A DNA stretch of 59,638 nucleotides. It comes from a virus (taxonomy: Duplodnaviria; Caudoviricetes). The notes below the pieces were generated by a model. The model did not search any database. It saw only the letters and a program-made list of their open reading frames with translations, and was not told the origin of the DNA. The position numbers were made by a program, and so were the translations under genes. This document shows positions 43,053 to 52,116 of this stretch, in pieces. The DNA lies in the IMG/VR virus record IMGVR_UViG_3300040529_000001, positions 1 through 59,638 of that record. One strand, 5' to 3'. The first letter of the stretch is position 1; each line of letters begins with the position of its first letter.

Positions 43053-43939
43053 TGGCGGCCGTGCTGACCAAGGGCCTGACCAGGGTCCGGGCGGAGTTCA
43101 ACGAGGTGTTCAGCACCCGGGACAAGGCCACCGATGGCTGGCTGGGCGACTCGTCGCACTCCAGCGGAACGTCCGGGCACAACCCGGACCGCACCGGCCG
43201 CGCCGAGTACAAGGACGGGGACTCGCTGGACGAGGTCCGGGCCATCGACGTGGACAAGGATCTGGTACCCGGCTCGTCCGTCGACTGGATGGAACGAGTG
43301 GTCCAGTTCCTGGTCAAGAAGGCCAGGGCCGGGGAGTACGTCCCGTTTCGGTACCTGATCTACAAGCGCCGGATCTGGGCTCGCTCCACGGGCTGGGAGA
43401 CGCGCGCCTACACCGGCGCCAACACGCACGATGAGCACCTGCACGCCAGCGGCGACTACACCCAGACCGCTGACAACTGGAACGGCACGCTGGGCCTGGC
43501 CTCGGTCCGGGGCGCTGGCGGAGGAGGAGTGGACACCATGCTGGTACGCAAGGGCGACAAGGGTGAAGAGGTCACGTTCTGGCAGTACGTGTTGGCCGAC
43601 ACCGGCAACTCCCCGGGCGCCATCGACGGGGACTACGGCCCCAAGATGGAGGCGGCCGTCAACGCGAGCCGAAAGAGGTTCGTTCCCACCACGGGGGCCG
43701 CCGCGTCCATCACGGGCTGGCACGGGTTCCGGCTCCTGGCCGCCCTGGCCGACAAGCGGGCCGGTACGGACGGCGCGGCCGGTGCACGTGGCCCGGCTGG
43801 TCCGGCCGGTGGCCCCGGCCCCGCTGGCCCCAAGGGCGAGACCGGCCCCAAGGGTGACCCGGGTACCCCCGGAGCAAACGGCGCGCTCACCGGCACGCTG
43901 AACATCCAGGGCGGCACGCTCAGCGTGACGACCCCGTAA
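43052..43939 (+). CDS. endolysin (Zn-peptidase-like catalytic domain, peptidoglycan-binding domain, collagen-like tail)
   Basis: DGWLGDSSH...SGHNPD...VRAIDV...HDEHLHAS; PG-binding VRKGDKGEEV..WQ..L...IDGDYGP; about 14 Gly-X-Y triplets; adjacent to a holin. Confidence 0.82.
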   Translation: MAAVLTKGLTRVRAEFNEVFSTRDKATDGWLGDSSHSSGTSGHNPDRTGRAEYKDGDSLDEVRAIDVDKDLVPGSSVDWMERVVQFLVKKARAGEYVPFRYLIYKRRIWARSTGWETRAYTGANTHDEHLHASGDYTQTADNWNGTLGLASVRGAGGGGVDTMLVRKGDKGEEVTFWQYVLADTGNSPGAIDGDYGPKMEAAVNASRKRFVPTTGAAASITGWHGFRLLAALADKRAGTDGAAGARGPAGPAGGPGPAGPKGETGPKGDPGTPGANGALTGTLNIQGGTLSVTTP

Positions 43940-43953
43940 AGGAGGACGACGGG

Positions 43954-44313
43954 ATGAAGATCTTCGGACGCGAGCCCGCGCTGTGGCTGGCTCTCATCGG
44001 CGCGGTGCTCACGTGGGGAGCGGGTCTCGGCCTGGACTTCCTCAACGCGGGCCAGGCCGTGGCCATCACCACGGCGCTGACTGGCATCGTCACGGCGCTG
44101 TTCACGCGGCCGTGGGCGCCGGGTCTGTTCGTGGGCGCCGTGGGTGTGGTGGCGTCGCTGTTCGCGGAGTACGGGATGCACTGGTCCGACGCGGCCGTGA
44201 CGGGCGTGGGCGGGATCATCCTGGCCGCGTTCGCGCTGTTCGGCATCCGGCCCCAGGTCACCCCGGCGGCTGACCAGGCGCCCACCGCGCTGAACAGCGG
44301 CCAGATCCGCTGA
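43954..44313 (+). CDS. holin
   Basis: MKIFGREPA start, about 4 TM segments, RPQVTP C-terminal motif, directly after the endolysin. Confidence 0.85.
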   Translation: MKIFGREPALWLALIGAVLTWGAGLGLDFLNAGQAVAITTALTGIVTALFTRPWAPGLFVGAVGVVASLFAEYGMHWSDAAVTGVGGIILAAFALFGIRPQVTPAADQAPTALNSGQIR

Positions 44314-44319
44314 CCTGAC

Positions 44320-44355
44320 ACAAGAGCCCCCGGCCGGTTGGTTGGGGGCTCTTGT
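44320..44355. terminator. bidirectional hairpin terminator
   Basis: ACAAGAGCCCCC...GGGGGCTCTTGT between convergent genes. Confidence 0.75.
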
Positions 44356-44364
44356 GCGTCCGGG

Positions 44365-44610
44365 CTACTTCTTCTTGTTCTTCTTGGCCAACCGCTCCAG
44401 GTGCTCCCGGGAGGCCTTGTCCTTCTCCGCCTGGGTCTTCCCCTGGGTCCGGGCACCCCCCTTGACCTTGGTGCCGTCCGCCGTCCGGGTCTCCAGCCGG
44501 ACCCCGTCGTGGATGTCGCGCCGGGTGTGTCCGTTGCCGGTCTGTGGTCCCTGGGGGGACAGCCATCGGTCCGAGCTGGCCTGGTCGGTGCGGTATCCCT
44601 TGGTGGCCAT
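44365..44610 (-). CDS. small basic hypothetical protein
   Basis: GAGGAG RBS; promoter/operator at 44651-44679. Confidence 0.7.
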   Translation of the reverse strand: MATKGYRTDQASSDRWLSPQGPQTGNGHTRRDIHDGVRLETRTADGTKVKGGARTQGKTQAEKDKASREHLERLAKKNKKK

Positions 44611-44650
44611 GACTCCTCGTCTCCAGCGGCACCTTGCCGCTCTGGGTCTT

Positions 44651-44679
44651 ACATTACAGTGTTGACTGTGAAGTGTCAA
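44651..44679 (-). promoter_or_regulatory. promoter/operator TTGACACTTCACAGTCAACACTGTAATGT
   Basis: Consensus hexamers plus the palindrome. Confidence 0.8.
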
Positions 44680-44962
44680 CCTCAGCCGGGCGCCGGTACT
44701 TCACCCGCTCCACCAGGCCGATCCAGTGCCAGCGCACATACCGGCGCCACCACCACTCCCACGTCCTCACGTCCGCCGTGCCCTCCTGATCGTCGCTACC
44801 GTCCGGCCCTCCCGTGGGTACCCCCGGACCTCGTGCACGCCGTGATAGTGCCAGAGGAAGAGCTGGACGAGCCGGGGCCGCCACCAGCCCCGGCCCGGCC
44901 CAGATCCCGGTGTCACTTCTTCTTGTCCCCGGGGCTGGTGCCGGAGCCGTTGGATTCGGTGG

Positions 44963-45124
44963 TCACTTCTTGCCCCCGGAGCCGGTGCCCCCGCCGCTCT
45001 GGTTCGCGTCACGGCCGGAGCCCTTCACGCGGCCAGGGCCGGTGCCGGAACCGCCGGAGCCGGTGGCCTTGCCGTGGTTGGAACCGTCCTGGCCCCGGCT
45101 CGGGCTGCCCTTGTCCTTGGCCAT
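44963..45124 (-). CDS. Gly/Ser/Lys-rich microprotein
   Basis: MAKDKGSPSRGQDGSNHG...; TGATG-coupled to the upstream gene. Confidence 0.55.
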   Translation of the reverse strand: MAKDKGSPSRGQDGSNHGKATGSGGSGTGPGRVKGSGRDANQSGGGTGSGGKK

Positions 45125-45456
45125 CAGGCTGCCTCGGTCTCGGCCGTGCGCCAGGTGGTCACCCCGTTGGGGGCGTCGGTCACGATGGCCTGGAGCCACT
45201 TGGGCAGGCTGCCCAGCTCGGAGCCGTACCAGCGCTTGCTGTCCCGGACGGCGTCCGAGGTGCCCCCGGACTTCAGCACCAGGTAACCGCTCAGGCTGAC
45301 CCGGCTCACCGTGCCGTCCGCCAGCGTGATGGACACGTGGTCCGGCCGGAAGATCCGGGGCTTGCGGTGATAGGTGGTGATGTCCAGGTCCGGGACGTCC
45401 TCCAGGTCCACCCGGATGACCCTGGTCAGGTTGTCCTTGACGACACTGCCGCGCAT
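45124..45456 (-). CDS. hypothetical protein
   Basis: GGGGAG RBS, GC3 bias. Confidence 0.7.
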   Translation of the reverse strand: MRGSVVKDNLTRVIRVDLEDVPDLDITTYHRKPRIFRPDHVSITLADGTVSRVSLSGYLVLKSGGTSDAVRDSKRWYGSELGSLPKWLQAIVTDAPNGVTTWRTAETEAA

Positions 45457-45532
45457 GTCTGCTCCCCTCGTCCCCGGTCCTGTCCGCCGGGGGTATTGCC
45501 AACCTAGCAGTCATGACGGTAACGTGCAACCC

Positions 45533-45733
45533 ATGGCGAAGCTACTGGTTCAGCACGACGAGGACCCGGAGATCTCGATCATCCTGGAGTACGTGGCCCC
45601 GGGGACACCGGGCCGTGCCCGGGGTTGGCACGGCTCCTGCACTCAGTGCGGGCGGCCGATGCACCGGTGGGCGCAAGGGCGGGCCGTTGAGGACGCTCAG
45701 GCGCACGTGGACGGCCACGAGAGCGCGCTGTAG
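45533..45733 (+). CDS. small Cys/His Zn-binding hypothetical protein
   Basis: Leaderless from TTGCCA-N18-TAACGT; CTQC...H...H. Confidence 0.65.
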   Translation: MAKLLVQHDEDPEISIILEYVAPGTPGRARGWHGSCTQCGRPMHRWAQGRAVEDAQAHVDGHESAL

Positions 45734-45795
45734 AGACGACCACGGCCCCTCCCTGGCGAGGGGAGGGGCCGCAACCTGACAGGAATGAGGACGAC

Positions 45796-46497
45796 GTGAG
45801 CAACCACCGCCAGCGTACACAGAGAGGCCCGTCCCTGGTCTCGATCGTCGTGACCGGCGCGGCCACCCTGGCCGTGATCATCCTGGCCTTCTGGGTCATC
45901 ACCGGCCCGGTCACCGATCAGCGGCACCTGACCGGGGGCCTCCTCGGGATCGTGCTCGGGGTGCTGATGACCAGCCAGGTGGTGGTCAGGGTGACCGAGC
46001 GCCAGATCGTCACCGATGAGCTGAGAGCGGCGGCCGACCGGGCGCGCCGGGAGCGCGTGCTGAACACCGGGACGTGGCTGGGTGACCAGCCCAGCCAGGA
46101 GCTGACCGTGCGCTGGGACGGCGCGGCCCACCGGTACCTGGTCCAGGGCTGGACCGGCGCGCCGCCGTACCTGGCCCGGGAGCGGGAGTGGACGGACAGC
46201 CTGGACGAGCTGGCCGAGATGCTGACCGACATCGAGCGGGCTGGAGAGTTGCGGCCGATCGAGGACGAGGGCACGCGCATGGTCCGTGCCAGGCTGGCGC
46301 TGCCCGGATGGGACGACGTGGCCGAGCCGGACCCGGTGGCGACCCAGCCCACCGGTACGGAGCCCGCCCACCTCCAGCGCGTGCCGGTGCCGTTGCGCGG
46401 TGAGTACGACGGGCCGACCCGCAACCTGAGCGAGCAGGCCAGGAACCTGACCCGCCAGGCGCGCCGGGTGCGCAACGACTGGGGCGACCGCCCTTGA
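45796..46497 (+). CDS. membrane protein (2 TM)
   Basis: Two N-terminal hydrophobic helices; GAGG RBS. Confidence 0.7.
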   Translation: MSNHRQRTQRGPSLVSIVVTGAATLAVIILAFWVITGPVTDQRHLTGGLLGIVLGVLMTSQVVVRVTERQIVTDELRAAADRARRERVLNTGTWLGDQPSQELTVRWDGAAHRYLVQGWTGAPPYLAREREWTDSLDELAEMLTDIERAGELRPIEDEGTRMVRARLALPGWDDVAEPDPVATQPTGTEPAHLQRVPVPLRGEYDGPTRNLSEQARNLTRQARRVRNDWGDRP

Positions 46498-46510
46498 CAT
46501 TGCACTGACA

Positions 46511-46573
46511 AGGCGGGCCGTGGAGACGCGGTCCGCCTTTTTGCTTGACACCTTGCAGTGATGACGGTAAGGT
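46511..46573 (+). promoter_or_regulatory. U-tailed terminator plus promoter TTGACA-N17-TAAGGT (leaderless ATG 46581)
   Basis: AGGCGGGCCG...CGGTCCGCCTTTTT, then the promoter at 46545-46573. Confidence 0.78.
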
Positions 46574-46580
46574 AGGTCGC

Positions 46581-47153
46581 ATGACGATGACGAACCGATA
46601 CGACCCCAGCCGACCGGAGCACGCGGTGATGTGCTCCCGACTGAAGTGCTCCGGAGAGGACGTACCGGTCCACCAGGCCGGACAGCACCTGGACCAGCGC
46701 TCGGAGTTCTACGACGGGCCGGACATCCAACTGGCCGCCACGTCGATGTACGTGCGGACCAGCGCTCGGAAGATCATCCGAGAAGCACCGGCGCTCACCG
46801 CCGAGGTCGTGGACCTCGTGACGTACGTGGACTTCCTGGGTGACCAGGCGACCCACGCCCGAACCGACAGAGATCGGTCGGTCCGAGAAGCCAGCGCACG
46901 AGCCCTGGACTGTGACGCTCACGGGGAGGTCATCAGGGGTCTGGAAGCTCAGGTGACCGCGTTCGATTCGGCTCAGCGCCGGGCGGACGCTGGACGGTTG
47001 GCCCTGCTGGGGCTGACGTTCGCGGTGGACGAGCTGGTCCGCCAGCACAAGGACGGACAGCTCCCGGACCTCACCGTGGACAAGCTGGTCAAGGCCCTGG
47101 CCGATGCCGTCAAGAAGACCCACGCGGCGCACGATCGGGCGTGGAAGCGATGA
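46581..47153 (+). CDS. hypothetical protein
   Basis: Leaderless start; ATGA overlap with the next gene. Confidence 0.7.
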   Translation: MTMTNRYDPSRPEHAVMCSRLKCSGEDVPVHQAGQHLDQRSEFYDGPDIQLAATSMYVRTSARKIIREAPALTAEVVDLVTYVDFLGDQATHARTDRDRSVREASARALDCDAHGEVIRGLEAQVTAFDSAQRRADAGRLALLGLTFAVDELVRQHKDGQLPDLTVDKLVKALADAVKKTHAAHDRAWKR

Positions 47154-47398
47154 GCCGGGGATACCTCGCCAAGTGCTCCAGCCGGAACAAGCCGAAGAAG
47201 AGCTACCCGACCCAGACTGAGGCTGAGGCCCAGCGCTGGAGCCTGATCAACGCGGGCATCTGGCGGGCCGACAAGACCAACACCTACTTCTGCTCCCAGT
47301 GCGGGGGCTGGCACGCGGGCACCATGGGCCGGTCCAACCGGGGCAAGGGCCGCAAGGTGACCGCCAAGAACACGCCTCGATTCCTGGCCACGCAGTGA
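47150..47398 (+). CDS. small Zn-finger protein
   Basis: C...K.Y...EA...YFCSQCGGWH motif. Confidence 0.7.
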   Translation: MSRGYLAKCSSRNKPKKSYPTQTEAEAQRWSLINAGIWRADKTNTYFCSQCGGWHAGTMGRSNRGKGRKVTAKNTPRFLATQ

Positions 47399-47862
47399 AC
47401 GTGAACAGGATGGAGACGGTCCAGGACGTGCTGGACTTCGTGTACCCGGTAAGGACCGATGTTCCACTAGCCAGTCCTTACCAGGGGACTGGCGATACCT
47501 CCCCTGAGCAGGGCAAGGCTCTGGCACGGCGCGGCACCACGAACCGCAACGCCCGGGGAGGCAGCCCCGAGAGGCGGCGCCGCCGGGAGTGGCTGGTGGC
47601 CTGCTTCCGGGCCAACCGGGACGTGATCGTGATCGAGCTGTTCCACGGCCCGATGGCCGTGGAGGTGGATCTGGGCACCGAGGGCGCCCAGCCCGCGTGC
47701 CGGTGCTACCGGTGCGGCGCGCTGCTCACGGTGGACACCGTAACGGTGGACCGGATCAAGCCCGGGTGCCAGGGCGGCACGTATCGGCGGGACAACATCC
47801 GGCCCGCGTGCGGTCCGTGCAACAGCGAGACTGGCGGCGCGACGAGGGGGAGGAAGCGATGA
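47395..47862 (+). CDS. HNH endonuclease-like protein
   Basis: CYRCG...TVDRIKP...GG.Y...NIRPACGPCN. Confidence 0.8.
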   Translation: MNVNRMETVQDVLDFVYPVRTDVPLASPYQGTGDTSPEQGKALARRGTTNRNARGGSPERRRRREWLVACFRANRDVIVIELFHGPMAVEVDLGTEGAQPACRCYRCGALLTVDTVTVDRIKPGCQGGTYRRDNIRPACGPCNSETGGATRGRKR

Positions 47863-48167
47863 GCAACCGCTGGCTGTACAAGGGTCCGGCCGTGCCGTAC
47901 GTCTGTCAGATCAGCGGGCCGTGGGACGAGGTGCGAAAGACCCGGCTCCCCGCTCAGTGCTGTGGGCTGAAGGCCGATCAGATCTACCGGTGCGAGCAGA
48001 TCGCGCCGCCGGGTCACCGGTGCCAGGTCAACGACCACACGATCCTGCACGAGCGCATGGGTAACGGCTACTCGTGCTCGGCGGTGGAGGTGTGGCTGGC
48101 GGAGCGCGGTGGGCTCGGGGGGTGGATCAGGGCCGGGTCTACCTCGTTCACGACAGTGGGGCTGTGA
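47859..48167 (+). CDS. Cys-rich hypothetical protein
   Basis: ATGA and GTGA overlaps. Confidence 0.6.
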   Translation: MSNRWLYKGPAVPYVCQISGPWDEVRKTRLPAQCCGLKADQIYRCEQIAPPGHRCQVNDHTILHERMGNGYSCSAVEVWLAERGGLGGWIRAGSTSFTTVGL

Positions 48168-48337
48168 GCGCCCAGGGAGGGCGGCGCAACGGTGCCTATG
48201 CCTGGGTGCCGTTGCGCCTGGCCCAGGACTGCCCGAGGTGTGGGGAGAGCCGGGGCCGCCGGTGCGGCCGGATGGTCGGGGATCAGTGGCTGGAGATGCA
48301 GGGCACGCACGCCGAGCGACGGAGGAAGAGGACATGA
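48164..48337 (+). CDS. small Zn-finger protein (CPRC...C...H)
   Basis: 4-nt overlaps on both sides. Confidence 0.6.
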   Translation: MSAQGGRRNGAYAWVPLRLAQDCPRCGESRGRRCGRMVGDQWLEMQGTHAERRRKRT

Positions 48338-48555
48338 GCGACGAGAGGAAGACCGGCGCTGAGGCGCTGGTGGAGCACCTGGTGGAGTGTCGAGACGTCA
48401 CGGCCGCCGTGGTGGTCGACGGCAACGCGGACGAGCTGGTGGCCAAGATGCTGGCCGAGGGCTGGACGTTCGAGGGCACCGAGCACGTGGAGGGCAAGCG
48501 GGTCCGCTACCTGGTCCCCCCGCCCGGATGGATGCCGGAGGTGCCCCGTGGCTGA
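48334..48555 (+). CDS. hypothetical protein
   Basis: ATGA overlap and RBS. Confidence 0.65.
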   Translation: MSDERKTGAEALVEHLVECRDVTAAVVVDGNADELVAKMLAEGWTFEGTEHVEGKRVRYLVPPPGWMPEVPRG

Positions 48556-48763
48556 CAAGAAGAAGCCCAAGCCCCGCAACCAGGAGTGCCCGGAGTCGGT
48601 CAGCGGGCACCGAGCGGGCACCGATGGGTCGTGCGTCTGGTGCAAGAAGCGCAACGTGGGCCGCGCCATGGCCAGGCCTCGGACCACCGAACAGACCGAC
48701 CTGGGCCAGGAGTACCGGCGCCACTATGACCCGGACTACGGCACGCGCAAGGACGACACGTGA
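48548..48763 (+). CDS. small Cys/His hypothetical protein
   Basis: GGAGGT RBS; C...H...CVWC. Confidence 0.6.
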   Translation: MADKKKPKPRNQECPESVSGHRAGTDGSCVWCKKRNVGRAMARPRTTEQTDLGQEYRRHYDPDYGTRKDDT

Positions 48764-48996
48764 TCGTGGTGACCCCGGCGCGGTTTCTGGCGGCGCTGGA
48801 CGAGGCGGTGGGCACGGGCGAGGAGCCGGACGGACTGTGCGCGGACCGGAGCGAGCACCGTGCACACCTTCACGATTCGGCGAGCCTGGGCCGGTTCTGG
48901 TGCACGGCGGATCAGTCCCAGCGGGAGCCGTGGCGTAGCGAGCGGCGGCGCGCGGCCCGGACCGATCCATCCAGCGACCCGCCGAGCCCCCGCTGA
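48760..48996 (+). CDS. hypothetical protein
   Basis: GTGA overlap. Confidence 0.55.
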   Translation: MIVVTPARFLAALDEAVGTGEEPDGLCADRSEHRAHLHDSASLGRFWCTADQSQREPWRSERRRAARTDPSSDPPSPR

Positions 48997-49147
48997 TCGA
49001 GACCTGGCCACCTCCCCATACGGCGTACGGCTCATGGACTGTGTGCCACCGCACGGAACGCGCGTCATACCATGACTAGCCAAAAGGACTATTGACGCAC
49101 CCTGGGGAGCGTGTGGTACTCGCGCACGCGCGCGGTCCGTGGCATTG

Positions 49148-49281
49148 CCGGGGGGACTGAGGGGACCGGGGGGACCGTCTCTCTATACACGTATCAAAAA
49201 AACTTGCCTTGCGGCGCGCGTACACGCGTATAGGGGAATAGGGCTGGAGGTGGTCCCCCCGCTCCCCCCGGTCCCCCCCGG
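49148..49281. repeat. G6/C6 inverted-repeat element copy 2; candidate replication origin
   Basis: Arms CCGGGGGGACTGAGGGGACCGGGGGGACC / GGTCCCCCCGCTCCCCCCGGTCCCCCCCGG; core TTGCGGCGCGCGTACACGCGTATAGGGG; A7 tract. Confidence 0.8.
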
Positions 49282-49399
49282 GGGGTGTTCTAAGGGTGGC
49301 ACCTTCACGCCGGGGCAAGAACGGTGCACGTTTCGTTGCCGTACGCCTGTAAGGTAGGGGGCGCGCCGGGACCGCCCCGGCCGCAGGAAGGAGCACGTG

Positions 49400-49756
49400 A
49401 TGCGCAAGTTCTTCGCGGCGCTCGCCGTGGCCCTGGCGCTCGTCGCCGGGTCGCTGGTGGCGTCCACCCCGGCCCAGGCCGTGGGCTCGTGTCAGAACGG
49501 CTGGATCTGCTTCTGGAACACGTCCAGCTCCACCTCGTCCATCTGGTCGATGGACAGCGCGGACACCTCGCCCGGTGAGTGCCACGTCCTCCCCAGTGCT
49601 GCCACGTCCTACATCACGAACAAGGGCGGGTACTACTGGAGCCTCTACACCGGCTCGTTCTGCCAGACCTGGCCGGTCGGCACGCTCTACCCCGAGACCA
49701 GCGGCGGCATCGGCGCGCCCTGGAACAACAACGCTCGGAGCTTCAAGCGCCGGTGA
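49400..49756 (+). CDS. secreted peptidase-inhibitor I36 / beta-gamma-crystallin-like protein
   Basis: Sec signal ending in AQA; CQNGWICFW...SYITN...LYTG..C...WNNNARSFK. Confidence 0.72.
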   Translation: MRKFFAALAVALALVAGSLVASTPAQAVGSCQNGWICFWNTSSSTSSIWSMDSADTSPGECHVLPSAATSYITNKGGYYWSLYTGSFCQTWPVGTLYPETSGGIGAPWNNNARSFKRR

Positions 49757-49839
49757 CAGTGCACTGTCAGCCCGGCCCCGGTGCGCGCCTCACGGCCACC
49801 GGGGCCGAGATGTCCCCTTGACCCCGTAGGATGTGGCAC

Positions 49840-50151
49840 ATGACGATCCCGGCCTGGCTCCAGCTCCTGATCTACGCCCTGGCCGTGATGCGCCTGGACG
49901 GCCTGATCCGAGCGGACGGCATCACCGAGGACGCGCGAGACACGCTCCTGGGCTGGCTGGACAACCGGCCCAAGACCCTGGGCGCGTTCGTGGCCGAGCT
50001 GATCCAGTGCCCCTGGTGCGTCTCGATCTGGGTCGGGGCCGTTGCCGCTCCCCTGGTCTGGTTCTTCGGAGACCACCCCGTCATGCTGATACCGGCGCTC
50101 ATGCTCGCCTTCTCCCAGGTCACTGGGATGTCGCACAACCTGGGGAGGTAA
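49840..50151 (+). CDS. DUF1360-like membrane protein
   Basis: LAVMRL..LI..D.I...R...ELIQCPWCVSIWV motif; directly upstream of the portal. Confidence 0.75.
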   Translation: MTIPAWLQLLIYALAVMRLDGLIRADGITEDARDTLLGWLDNRPKTLGAFVAELIQCPWCVSIWVGAVAAPLVWFFGDHPVMLIPALMLAFSQVTGMSHNLGR

Positions 50152-50157
50152 CCGCCC

Positions 50158-52116
50158 GTGGCTCTCCGTCGACCGCGCGCCACCACGATCGAGCGCGACC
50201 CTGACCCGTTCGGCAACAGGCAAGTGGAGCGCCGGACCGCGCTCGCTGGCGCCACCGCCATGGTGGAGCTGGGCGAGGGCTCCTCGTGGGCCACCTGGAA
50301 GTTCGGGAACACGACCTGGCAAACCGAAGGTTGGCGCCTCTACGACATCGTTGGTGAGCTGACCAAGCTCTCCGGCCGGGTGGGTGACTCGCTGTCCCAG
50401 GCGCGCCTCTACGTGACCGAGGTGGACGAGACCGGCGAGGAGCAGGGCGAAGTCCAGGACCAGGCGATCCGGCGCCTGGCCGCCGTGCCGCTCGGCACCG
50501 GTAGCCAGCGGGACGACAACCTCCGCCTGGCGGGGATCGATCTCGCGGTGGGTGGCGAGTGCTGGATCGTGGGCGAGGGCGCGGCCACCAACCCCGAGAA
50601 GGCCGAGGGCTCCTGGTTCGTCGTGACCGGCGCGGCGATCAAGCGCCTGGGCGACAAGGTCACCGTGACGCGGCCCATCCAGCGCGGGGGGAGCAAGCTG
50701 GAGCTGGAGGACGGTAAGGACATCCTCATCCGGTGCTGGCGTCCGCACCCCAACGACACCAACCAGGCGACCTCATTCACGCGCTCGGCCATCGTGCCGT
50801 TGCGGGAGATCGAGCTGCTGACCAAGCGGGAGTTCGCCGAGCTGGACTCGCGGCTGACCGGCGCTGGCATCATGTTCGTCCCCGAGGGCATCGACTTCCC
50901 CCGCGACGAGAGCGACCCGCCCGGCCTGGCTGGGTTCATGGCGTACATGCAGCGCGCCGCCGCCGCGTCCATGCAGAACCAGGGCCTGGCCAGCTCCATG
51001 GTCCCGATCATGGCGACCATCCCGGACCAGCTCCTGGAGCACATCGACAAGATCCGGCCGCTGACCTTCTGGTCCGAGCTGTCCGCCGAGATCGCACCGA
51101 TGAAAGACAAGGCCATCGGTCGCGTGGCGAGCATGGCCGAGATCCCGGCCGAGGTGCTGACCGGTATCGCGGACGCCAACCACTGGACCGCCTGGCTGAT
51201 CTCGGACGAGGGCATCCGGTGGATCAAGGGCTATCTGGGCCTGGTGGCCGACGCGCTCACGCGGGGGTTCCTGCGGCGCGCCCTGGAGTCGATGGGCAAC
51301 CCGAACCCCGAGCGCTACGCGTTCGCGTTCGACACGTCCAGCCTGGCCGCCAAGCCCAACCGCCTGGACGAGGCGGTCCAGCTTCATGACCGCTTCCTGA
51401 TCAAGGACGAGGAGGTGGTGAAGGCCGGAGCGTTCAGCCCGGACCAGATGCCGAGCATGGCCGAGCGCGCGGCCCAGATCGTGCTGAAGCTGCTCACCAC
51501 CCAGCCGGACCTGATCCTGGACCCCGAGGTCCAGCGGCTCCTCGGGCTGCCCAACGTCAAGAGCGTGGGCCTTCCGCCCACGGCGGACCAGAACGCGGAC
51601 GGTGGCGACCCGGACGCGGACGACCCCGAGGCAATCGAGCAGGGGCCGCCGAACGGCGGGGAGGACCCGGACCAGCCGGACCAGGCGCGCGCCATCACGG
51701 CCGCCCTGGACGCGCGCATCCGGGAGCTGACCGCTGTCCGCGTGGTGGCTCCTCCCTCCCCTGAGGTCGTGTTCAACGCCAGCGCCAAGCTCATGGTGAT
51801 GCGCGCCCTGGAGCTGGCCGGAGGTCGGCTCACCACGCCACAGGAGCGCCGGGGCCGCTGGTCCGACGTGCCGCGCCACGAACTCCACCACCACGTGGGT
51901 CCGATCCCGCTGGAGAAGGCCAACCGGGTGACCGAGGGCGCCTGGAACCACGTGGCCCTGGTGGCCTCGGACCTCGGGGTGAACGCGGACGACCTGGGCG
52001 CCCTGCTCTCCGGATACGTGATCGAGCTGCTGACACGCGGTATCCGCCACCACGATGACCTCCTGTACGCCGCTCTCACGGTGGCGAACCGGGGCCGGGG
52101 CATGGTGGAGGCGTGA
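50158..52116 (+). CDS. portal protein
   Basis: WQTEGWRLYDIVGEL, WRPHP, SRLTGAGI, IPAEVLTG..ANHWTAW; 652 aa, upstream of the head genes. Confidence 0.88.
   Translation: MALRRPRATTIERDPDPFGNRQVERRTALAGATAMVELGEGSSWATWKFGNTTWQTEGWRLYDIVGELTKLSGRVGDSLSQARLYVTEVDETGEEQGEVQDQAIRRLAAVPLGTGSQRDDNLRLAGIDLAVGGECWIVGEGAATNPEKAEGSWFVVTGAAIKRLGDKVTVTRPIQRGGSKLELEDGKDILIRCWRPHPNDTNQATSFTRSAIVPLREIELLTKREFAELDSRLTGAGIMFVPEGIDFPRDESDPPGLAGFMAYMQRAAAASMQNQGLASSMVPIMATIPDQLLEHIDKIRPLTFWSELSAEIAPMKDKAIGRVASMAEIPAEVLTGIADANHWTAWLISDEGIRWIKGYLGLVADALTRGFLRRALESMGNPNPERYAFAFDTSSLAAKPNRLDEAVQLHDRFLIKDEEVVKAGAFSPDQMPSMAERAAQIVLKLLTTQPDLILDPEVQRLLGLPNVKSVGLPPTADQNADGGDPDADDPEAIEQGPPNGGEDPDQPDQARAITAALDARIRELTAVRVVAPPSPEVVFNASAKLMVMRALELAGGRLTTPQERRGRWSDVPRHELHHHVGPIPLEKANRVTEGAWNHVALVASDLGVNADDLGALLSGYVIELLTRGIRHHDDLLYAALTVANRGRGMVEA

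Noticed and set aside
44654-44966. Chain of very short minus-strand ORFs
   Set aside because: GTGA overlaps hint they may be real, but they are too short and featureless to support as calls.
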